Shown piece by piece: positions 31,301 through 39,300 of a stretch of DNA of 64,000 nucleotides. The notes under the pieces were generated by a model. It was not told the origin of the DNA. It saw only the letters and a program-made list of their open reading frames with translations, and did not search any database. This stretch comes from Candidatus Brocadiia bacterium. GTDB lineage: Bacteria > Planctomycetota > Brocadiia > SM23-32. A program made the position numbers and the translations under genes. The DNA is taken from NCBI GenBank assembly GCA_046538485.1, contig JBKHIT010000002.1, forward strand, positions 59,608-123,607. Reading direction: 5' to 3'. How positions within the stretch are numbered: position 1 is the first letter of the stretch; each line of letters begins with the position of its first letter.

Positions 31301-34300
31301 GATGTGGTCTTCGCACCGGGATGGGAATTGGTGGGCGAATGTCCTCCCAGTATACAAAAAGCTCTTAAACGCCTTGTTAATGCCGGCAAAATCGTCGCGA
31401 CCGAGCGGTCGAGTAAACTTCCCGTAAAGGGGATTTCAAGGCTTCAATCATCGCTTGATGAATACGACGATAAGCTCGGTGGCGCTTTCCCGCGATATGT
31501 GGATTTTGAGACGGAGATGGTGTGGAACCGGAGTGAGAAAACGACGCAACTGGTGGGAGATTTCCTTTCAAAACACATCGAACCGGCGGGGTTGGTCCAA
31601 AAGGCTGAAGGGACCGAGGAACTCCCGGTCCACGTGGGGCCGGACTGGCTGAAATGCGGGCGGGGACAATACATGATTATACCCAATTTTGCTTATACGC
31701 GGTTTGATGGGCTTCATAAAACGCTCTATCAGGCGCCCGACCGGCCGACCGTGAAATTTCCCGAGAAGAATCCGAAATGCTACGATATGCTCGAGATGCG
31801 ATCTGTGGAAGTTGAAAGGAAAGATGACTGGATGATTGTCCGGCCGGACTTCCGGTACTACCCGGGGAAGATATACGCTTTCCTCCCGCGTGAAATCGGT
31901 GGCGTGAGTCTGAAGGCCAGTTCCGAGGTTAAGGCGGGAGAAACCATCCAATACCAGGCACGAGTGACGGACGACGCTGGCCACACAATCAATGCCGGTT
32001 TCCCTATTGAAATTAAGCTGGAGCACCCTCTTGGCAGGACGCTCTACGATGTTTACCGGGTAGCTAAACCTGTGTATTCCGGTGCTTATGCAATGCCGGT
32101 CAATATTACACCCGGCAACTGGACCCTGAGCGTTCGGGAATTAATCGGCGGCGCGATTGCGAAGACGAAAATCAAGGTGGGGCGAGGGGCGTTGCCCCTC
32201 GGCCAATACGATGGGACAACCGTGTTTGTGCATGATGTCGCCCAAATCCGCAGGTTTTTGAAAAATAACGAAAAAGTAATCATTGCGCGTTCGGAATCTC
32301 AGCAATGGTTAGTGCCGGCCGCTCGAGAACTATCCGCAGGACTGAAAAAGATGGGCATTGAGGCGGAGATCAAGAACATTGACGGGATCGTGCGCACTGC
32401 TGGAGACTGGAACCGCAAAAATCCAACAGCGGACGGGACAAGGATGTGGCGTGGAACAGTAGTCGCCCCTGGACTGTTTGTCGATGCTCCTGTGATCGTG
32501 CTGGGACGGCGTTACGAAAATCGGCTTGTGGAGGCTTTGATCGGTAGAGGAACAGTGCCGGAGCCTCTGACGGAAAACTTCCCGGGGCAAGGCCGTGCTG
32601 TCGTCGGACACGTGCGGCGGGCGTTTTCCAATGAGTACGACACCTTGTACATATTCTCACGAGACAAAACCGGAATAAAACGAGGAATCGAGAAATTGAT
32701 CTCGGCGGAAGCGGATGTGTCAGCGCCCGTGCATCCGGAACTTGTTGAACCGAAAGTTCGGTCCGATGCGAAACTCGCTGATCAAGCCAGACGGGACTGG
32801 GCACCTTCAAGTTACCGACAGAATATCTGGGGTGAAGATCTGATTCGAACGATAGATGTCGATCCGGTATCCGGTCGAATCCTGGTCGGGACATTTGGGT
32901 ACGGTTACAACCTGTTCTGCCTGTCGGAGAAGGGAGATCTGTTGTGGCGCAAATTTCTGCCTGAACATGATGTTTACTATGCCCGATGGTATGACCAGGG
33001 TATCAGGGAGATTGAGAAAGAAGAGGAAGAGGAGACGATAGGGGCGTGGGAAAATGCGAAAGAAATCAGGCCGGACGAAGGATACGAAGAAGAACCAGAA
33101 GAGGGTCAGGGGGAAGAAGTGAAAAAGGGCGCCCGGCGTGTCGTAGCGGCGACGGGCCGCGGTTTCCATGTCTTTTTGCTCAACGGTGAAAATGGTGACG
33201 TGATCAAAAAATTTGCATCGACCGAGTGGCCGAATTACCACAGTACTTACACCGAAGGAGCATTGAAGACTGAAGTGCCGATTAGAGTGAACACACCTCT
33301 GAAACAGATATTGGTATGCGGGAAGACGGCTATGGTAGCACTGGATTATGAAGGGAACAAAATATGGTCGCTCGATAGGGCGGATGCGATCACCGAATAC
33401 CCTGAGAAAGCTGAACAAACCGGAGCGGCCACTTTTCCACGGTCAGCGGTCATGCGAGGGTTTGCGATCAGCCCCGATGGATCGAAGATTATTCATAGCC
33501 AGTATCGGATCACCGGATCTACGGAGACAGCAAAAGAAATAGTCGATGTTTGGGGCCACCTGCCGCACGTAATCGATGCCAGAACGGGGAAAATTCTGGC
33601 GGTTAACCGGTCGAACCGGGGTGAAAGTACACGTGCTTGCGGATGGTCTGTAGGGTGGCCGGAAAATTCGAAACGGCCATGGGTGTATCGAAAAGGATTG
33701 GGAGCTCCTCTCCAAGAAGACGGAAGTTTTGGCGAATTTAAGCTGGTTCGTGGAAAAAGACTCGAAAATGGCGATTGGCTGCAGCATACAAATACGCGAC
33801 TGGCAAGAGTTGCTGCGAATGGGAATGTGGTGTGGGAGAAGGACTCGGAGGAAGTCTGGATTCGACAACTGGACCGGCTCAGTAAGGATCAGACGAAGAT
33901 TTATCGTTGCGATCCCGACGGGCTGATTAAATGCTATGATCTTGAAAACGGAGAAACTCTTTGGGAATACGGCGGCTTGGATTACAGCGCGGTTTTCCGG
34001 CCGACCCAAAAGAGTCTGCTGGCTGGGGCGGAAGACGGTGACCTGGTATTTCTGGATTCAGCGGGAAAGGCGAAGTGGGAAACAACAATTCGTGACGACA
34101 ACCGTGTTCCCGCTGGAGGATACCCCGGCGAAATTGAATATGCTGAACAGAGGGACCCCGATAGTACGGCTGAATTTTATCCGGTTGGTGAAGATAAACC
34201 GGGAGACTATAAGACCCTTCTTCGGAAAGGCCTGGAGCAAATCTCTGGGGGTGGTTTTGAAGCCGGTACCCATTGGGAAATTAAAGATGGCAAAATCGAA

Positions 34301-36394
34301 TCTGGTGGGGAGGCTCACCGAGGCAAGAAATGTTTGTCCCTTGAGCAAGGGGATCTTGTCAGCCAGGCTATCGAGCGAAAAGTGGTACCGTCGGCTACTT
34401 ACCTGCTGGAATTTTTCTACAAAATCAATAATTTAAAAGCGCGGCTGACGGCTGGCGTGATGCTTGAGGGCAAGGGCAAGATCAGCGATGAAGTCCTTAC
34501 TGCCTCGAAATTTGGGGCGGTGACGGGGGCGCGAGCCGGGCAGTGGAGCTTCGGGCGGCTCGCCGTGAAAAGCATGGCCGATACCGTGAAAATACGGGTC
34601 GGGTTTGAGGCGGAAGATGGAGTGGTTTTGGTCGATGATGTGAGTTTGAAACCGATTCGATTCCCGTCGGCCAATCTGGTGGCATGCGAAGAACTCCACG
34701 CGATTGAGCCCACGTATGTGGAAGATATTCGAGTCCAGTATGATCGCGTTTCAGGGGCACTCAAGAATAAGTTGCGCAATAAGAATCGGGTCGCTGCGTT
34801 TGCCCAATGTGATCCGAATGTGGCAATCATCTGGACGCAGGAAGAAAGCTATTTGCACAATGGTCGGCTGGACGACATCGGTCAGATATGGCGCTATCAA
34901 CCGGACAACGTGGGATTCAGCGTTATTTTTGCAGAACCTATGTACGTTTCCCATCTTGTGCTCTATCTGAACAATGCGACGCCTGGTAATGTTTATCAAA
35001 CCATCGGCGTGCTGGCGAACAATATAGAGACGAAAATGCCAGAAACGGTGGCACTTGTGCGAGGGAATCGTCGTCGGTTCGTAGTAGTTCATTTCGACGA
35101 ACCTGTCTACACCGATAATCTGAAAATATTGCCGGGACCGCACCGAGCTCATAAAGAGTGTATCACCGAAGTGGAAGTCTACGGTCCGCTCGGGGGCCCG
35201 GAAATGGCGGAGAAAAGCGATGGATTTTCGGAGGCAGCGCCGGCCCATTCGATGTTCATGGGATCGCCGGATCATGCTCCGAAACAACTTCCAGAACCCC
35301 TGACCGGCGAGTATAAAGAAGTAGCGAGATCGAGTCGCATTGGTACCCCGGCTTACCATTGTGGAGGCTCCGTTGCGAGCGGACTCTTTACGTTCGGTGT
35401 GGCAGATGGGAGGGTCCGCTCCGTGAAAATCAGTCGATCGGAGAGACGACATAACAGACCAGATTGGGGTCGGTCATGGTCTCTCAGCAGCGTGGCTCCA
35501 ACAACCGCACCCGCACGATATAGAGGACGCCTTCTGGTCGGATCGGCGGATTATAAACTGCATGCGGTCGCTGATAATGGCATGCATCTGTGGGGTTTTG
35601 AGACGGACGGGAGAGTGTACTCAGCTCCAACTCCGAACGGACATGAAGTATATTTTGGCTCGGATGATGGGAATCTGTACAAAGCGGATATCGATTCCGG
35701 GATGTTGATATGGCGGTTTGAAACCGGTGGAAAAGTGCGAAGCTCTCCTGCATTGTCCGACGGAAAACTTTATTTCGCTTCCTGGGATGGGAACCTTTAC
35801 GCTCTGGATGCGGCGAAAGGACGGAAGGTTTGGCAGGCTGCAATAGAGAAGTTCACACGTTGCAGTCCGGCGGTTCGAAGTGGAAAAGTTTACATTGGTG
35901 ATGAACGAGGTCATATGGTCTGCTACAGCGCTAAAAACGGCAAATTGTTGTGGAGAAAGCCGCTGGGAGACCATATTTCGAGGTGTCCGGTTGTGCTGGG
36001 AGATAGTGTGGTATATGCGAGCGAAGACGGCAAAATCGCGGCAATAATGCCGTCGGGATCCGTCCGTTGGAGGCGTGATCTGAAGACGCGTATCAGTGGC
36101 CAGCCCATTCCCACGCGGGAACAGCTTATCGTGCCCACTGACAATGGACTTTCTGTATTGAAATCGGACGATGGGAAGGACGATGAAAGGTTTGTCCCGC
36201 CTCGTAAGGCGGGTAAAATTCATACCGCCTTACCCTATAAAGGTTTCTTGTGTCTGCTGAGTGGTCGCCCATCCGTTTATAAGGCTGGCGGAAGGAACTT
36301 TGTGAATTATGGTGGCACTGTGGAGATCTGGGCTCCAAGAGAGGAACCTGAGACGTCGGAGACACCGGAAAAGGGCACGGGAGGTTCGAAATGA
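28367..36394 (+). CDS. Giant secreted multidomain protein (~2675 aa) with PQQ-like beta-propellers and CBM-like / discoidin-like (galactose-binding-like) modules
   Basis: The start MKTDKLFLRGRWAAILLCILCLALVGEVSA is a signal peptide with ATG at 28367. PQQ-type repeats occur near 32880-32960 (LVGTFGYGYNLFCLSEKGDLLWRKF) and 35500-36100 (GRLLVGSADYKLHAVADNGMHLWGFETDGRVYSAP... repeated about 6 times). A CBM-like module lies near 34200-34670 (FEAGTHWEIKDGK...VDDVSLKPI) and a discoidin-like module near 34880-35180. An acidic tract EKEEEEETIG...EEEPEEGQGEE lies near 33010-33120. One uninterrupted ORF. Confidence 0.7.
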   Translation: MKTDKLFLRGRWAAILLCILCLALVGEVSADETVELRLVPYDRPDVTVDELDEERPIVNPVSTAQGVEMRQVGVAVTCWARNVRLDGQSVFERYHGRKYVGRVPVVKKKLEPGKHTIWPGEHTFTVTDEGELQSGSPALEIEENVVRIKCYPVTIEAYQSSGPGLSGTMRQQALPEMTLREAEDAWSAAEDNKKKPRELLPVFEDFAPLRIWLPPNTAGAGYLLHPVGLTFQLDADGVKVGSGEKGRKVDGIKTAKNKIRVPLRVHPVRGDQGSALVVLGVHKMEWERESGLKEARWYPRHQPYEVQIAEEAPTIEIEGHLQTLPIKMMRVRIVDQLSGAQQLLVAEMESPHLITQQQFVSRIRGVDARGSKLDDKVVFGEVRRYGENEWNKLGLKGHGQGEAKFFVPELPTGLYELRIGFEVAENDRFGVKRWVTIGPEEPRPGVGTFTQKGRNAFYRGEEFWIGLGVRTPGEQIPSGQRIELKLEDENGRELSVYVGKTKAPIEERKTYVVRVGGEMSLKLAPGKYRLAAKLGSYSSPGRDISIVEPDPQTHFTTMLNGKYNVIGKQYEKVLKTCEGAEFLAREIKEAGYNTFMGMSYSLQRHNRKNTAIEQLVRERPSLGPWESYYQPSGRDRFMNAAVRNNLRFYENIFSHHDSMLPRHKAFLAAAERYASLELESMRHSPVFRGVCLYDEFYHSGGVHTAAIKDMFLKAQQMGFRERYDGLTVAEAKKALDRFVRRPPGRRRTEDVEKYRLWKEHEDWQWERFSRRMNGAIKDVMPSARTFALQRFGGSNGSNIAHNGPSEKVFGPLDIASCVMYKDGGFGDRPVFAPMQADVLSIRKNIPVWTQLHCFHGPGIYGRHLLRQAFFALSQKVEGFSFFTIGFDPENPRQLDNRDTIRTIAAELCRPYGDFFMACEKGYKKVGIYYSRTAAHLRQRKSLKLSYACEGLWVGCMRAGYPADFLYDTDIIEGRGMEYDVVFAPGWELVGECPPSIQKALKRLVNAGKIVATERSSKLPVKGISRLQSSLDEYDDKLGGAFPRYVDFETEMVWNRSEKTTQLVGDFLSKHIEPAGLVQKAEGTEELPVHVGPDWLKCGRGQYMIIPNFAYTRFDGLHKTLYQAPDRPTVKFPEKNPKCYDMLEMRSVEVERKDDWMIVRPDFRYYPGKIYAFLPREIGGVSLKASSEVKAGETIQYQARVTDDAGHTINAGFPIEIKLEHPLGRTLYDVYRVAKPVYSGAYAMPVNITPGNWTLSVRELIGGAIAKTKIKVGRGALPLGQYDGTTVFVHDVAQIRRFLKNNEKVIIARSESQQWLVPAARELSAGLKKMGIEAEIKNIDGIVRTAGDWNRKNPTADGTRMWRGTVVAPGLFVDAPVIVLGRRYENRLVEALIGRGTVPEPLTENFPGQGRAVVGHVRRAFSNEYDTLYIFSRDKTGIKRGIEKLISAEADVSAPVHPELVEPKVRSDAKLADQARRDWAPSSYRQNIWGEDLIRTIDVDPVSGRILVGTFGYGYNLFCLSEKGDLLWRKFLPEHDVYYARWYDQGIREIEKEEEEETIGAWENAKEIRPDEGYEEEPEEGQGEEVKKGARRVVAATGRGFHVFLLNGENGDVIKKFASTEWPNYHSTYTEGALKTEVPIRVNTPLKQILVCGKTAMVALDYEGNKIWSLDRADAITEYPEKAEQTGAATFPRSAVMRGFAISPDGSKIIHSQYRITGSTETAKEIVDVWGHLPHVIDARTGKILAVNRSNRGESTRACGWSVGWPENSKRPWVYRKGLGAPLQEDGSFGEFKLVRGKRLENGDWLQHTNTRLARVAANGNVVWEKDSEEVWIRQLDRLSKDQTKIYRCDPDGLIKCYDLENGETLWEYGGLDYSAVFRPTQKSLLAGAEDGDLVFLDSAGKAKWETTIRDDNRVPAGGYPGEIEYAEQRDPDSTAEFYPVGEDKPGDYKTLLRKGLEQISGGGFEAGTHWEIKDGKIESGGEAHRGKKCLSLEQGDLVSQAIERKVVPSATYLLEFFYKINNLKARLTAGVMLEGKGKISDEVLTASKFGAVTGARAGQWSFGRLAVKSMADTVKIRVGFEAEDGVVLVDDVSLKPIRFPSANLVACEELHAIEPTYVEDIRVQYDRVSGALKNKLRNKNRVAAFAQCDPNVAIIWTQEESYLHNGRLDDIGQIWRYQPDNVGFSVIFAEPMYVSHLVLYLNNATPGNVYQTIGVLANNIETKMPETVALVRGNRRRFVVVHFDEPVYTDNLKILPGPHRAHKECITEVEVYGPLGGPEMAEKSDGFSEAAPAHSMFMGSPDHAPKQLPEPLTGEYKEVARSSRIGTPAYHCGGSVASGLFTFGVADGRVRSVKISRSERRHNRPDWGRSWSLSSVAPTTAPARYRGRLLVGSADYKLHAVADNGMHLWGFETDGRVYSAPTPNGHEVYFGSDDGNLYKADIDSGMLIWRFETGGKVRSSPALSDGKLYFASWDGNLYALDAAKGRKVWQAAIEKFTRCSPAVRSGKVYIGDERGHMVCYSAKNGKLLWRKPLGDHISRCPVVLGDSVVYASEDGKIAAIMPSGSVRWRRDLKTRISGQPIPTREQLIVPTDNGLSVLKSDDGKDDERFVPPRKAGKIHTALPYKGFLCLLSGRPSVYKAGGRNFVNYGGTVEIWAPREEPETSETPEKGTGGSK

Positions 36395-39300
36395 AAAGAG
36401 TTTTAGGCACCACAATAACGCTGTGGATCGCGGCATTGGTGTTTTTGTCGTTGAACTGTGCCGTCGCGGCCCAGCCCCATAATATCGTTGAAAACTTCAC
36501 CGCGAGGCTCAATTCAAGCGACCAAATACACTCTTCGGTTGTGACCACGGATCCCTGGCGCGGGGTTGGCCATGCGCATTTGACCTACAAGGCCGAAGGG
36601 CGCCATCGAAGGGCCAGCTTGTTTTTACCGGATGAAAAATACCGAGTTCCAGGACCGGGAACCGTAAAAATGTGGGTTAAGGGAGATGGGTCAGGTAATA
36701 ATCTGCGAATCTGCGTGCGACATGCCAGAGTTCAACATGATCGGCATGGACGTCGTCGCCTGCAACACCATGAAGACATCTGGTCCAGGCAGGTCAAGCT
36801 CGATTTCGCAGGATGGAAACGCCTGAGTTTCGATATGAGCGAAATTCCCGATGACCGGTCGGCATGGTGGCGGTGCCTTGAGATCACAGTTCCGCGTGGG
36901 CAAGAAGCGAAAATGAGCGGTAAACTTGCTCTTGATGAATTTGTTCAGATTCCCAAAAAGTCGAGGCCAAAGGGGGCTGTGGCTGTAACACTGATCGGGC
37001 CGCGGATACGCAATTTCAGCCGCAAAATCGCTGTCTCACTGGATGTCAGGAATTTCACCCGGAAAAGCCAGGAAATCAAAGCTCGAGTGGTGGCCACTGA
37101 CCGAAATGAGAATCTGGTTCTGGATCGGGACTTTACTATCAAGGCCGAACCGTTCGCGAGAATAAGCGCCGATGAAAACAAGACTTCTGAACACCATCTT
37201 GAACTTGTGCCCGATCAAATCGCACGGTTTCTTCCACCTTTCAAAGTCCAGTGCGATGTCGGTTCCGAACTAACCGATCTTTCGGTCAGCCGTAGTTTCA
37301 AAGTGGTGATGGGCAATAGTATTTATCTGTTTGATGACCTTTCAGATGTTTACGGGCGCTGGTTTACCGCGGGCGGCGGGGATTTGAAAAGTATGCGGCA
37401 TTGGCCGAAATGGATAATGGGAGAGCAGCAGAGATATTCCCCGTTCTACCAGACGTCGGCCAGGCTGACACGTGTGCCGGTCGAGCACAAACCAACCGGC
37501 AAATTACTTGCCGAACGATACCTCGGAAAGTATGCCATGAAATTCGACTATCGGGGCAACGCGGCGGTTTATATGACCCGCCGGCGTTATCTGCCCGGGA
37601 ATGCCTACCGGATGGGGGTCTGGGTAAAAGGCGACGGCAACGGTGCTGAATTGTGGGCTCGTTTTCTCGATTACACAGACAATGCAGATTTTTGGCCCGG
37701 TGGGTGGCAACGAATTGGGCGCGGTGGGCGAGTGGTCTGTAAACTCGATTTTACCGATTGGAGATATTTCGAGTTAGAGTTGCCAGGTGGAGGTATCGGA
37801 CGCAACACGCCGCGTGGTTCAACGGATGCGCTGGATTTTCCCCTTGAACTGACCGCTTTCCGCATCGAACCGGGGAAAGAAAAGAGTTCCGGGTCCGTTC
37901 AAATTGGAGCCATTCACGTTCATACCCAGCAACCACAACGAAAAACTCTGGCCGTGCAAGTAGGGTATGAAGATGCGGAAAGACGTTGGTGGTCGGAAGG
38001 CGATGCATGGGCTGCAGTGCAAAACAGCTGGCCGGGAGGCGGGCGGAAGGTAAGAGTGACCTGGAACCTGCTGGACCGAAAAAATGAAGAAATTGCATCG
38101 GGACAAAAAGAGCTCGGACTTAATCCAGTAGCGACGGCAAATGTTGAGATACCTCTGTCAAAGTTCGCGGCGAAAATTGAGAAATGTCTCGCCCCTTTCC
38201 GCCTTCAAGTCGTTGCAACGGATACGGAAGACTTTTCTACTTCCACGACACGTGAATTGATTATCGCAAAACCGGATTCCTCGGCTTTAGTTGCCGATTT
38301 TGAGGCGGAACGGGGATACCTGGGAATGCTGCCGAGGGGCATGGAACGCAAGAAACCGGCCGGGGAATTCGTGGCCTGGACGAGCGCCAAAGTTTCGCAT
38401 GGGGGGCAAAGATCGCTGGCCATCAATTGGAAGAAAGAGGCCGGACTCCAGTTGCCTGTATCGGTCGATCCACCTTTGCCGGGCGTGCCCGTTGAGCTGA
38501 GTTTGTGGGTCCATGGGGATGGTAAAGGTGAGATAATGTATCCGTTGATCGGGGACAAACGCGGGGTCAGTCATGGCGCGCACGGTGGGCAATGGGATCT
38601 GTTTTTGCCACGCACAAGCGCGGGTAAATTTCAAAACGTGGTTAAGGTTGATTGGAAAGGATGGAAGAAGTTGACTTTCAATCTGCCGGTTATTCCCCCG
38701 ACATGGCAGGAAAAACTGCCGGTGCTGGGTTTTGAGGCCAGTTATCCGCTCGGTGTACATCTGATGGTGGACGGACGAGATGCATCGGCAGAAATGGGCA
38801 CGATATATGTCGATGATTTGCGTGCTGAAACACATCTCGCTCCTCAGCATCGAGTCAATATGCGGTTAAGGCCGATGGGGAGGACGAATGTCCTTCGTCC
38901 CGGCGAAGCGGCGCGCGTTTTGGTGACGAATCACGGGATGGCAGACGAGAGTAATGTAGAGATTGAAGGGGGTATTTATGATTGGCGGGGGCGAAAGCGG
39001 GTGGAAGTTGATGAAAAACGGGCTCTTAAACCGATGGCACATGTAGGGCTCGAATGCGGCGAAAAACTGCCGGTTGGTGCATACAAGATTGCACTGGATC
39101 TAAAACAAAATGCGAAGAAGTTGGAGCACCTCAGCAAGGATTTTCTGGTGGGGGATCTGTCAAAATATCTCGGTAGCGGTTGGGAAGAACAGATCGACGA
39201 TTCGCCGGCTTTGAAGCGGCCCCTGGGTGAAGATTTTGCCCGGATTGATGAAGACTGGGACTGGGTGGAACATTATCCCGGAAACGTGCAGCTGGATACG

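Noticed and set aside
34751-36548. Minus-strand ORFs of 233, 200 and 140 aa
   Set aside because: They lie inside or antisense to the giant-protein ORFs. These are expected chance ORFs in an 8 kb GC-rich gene.
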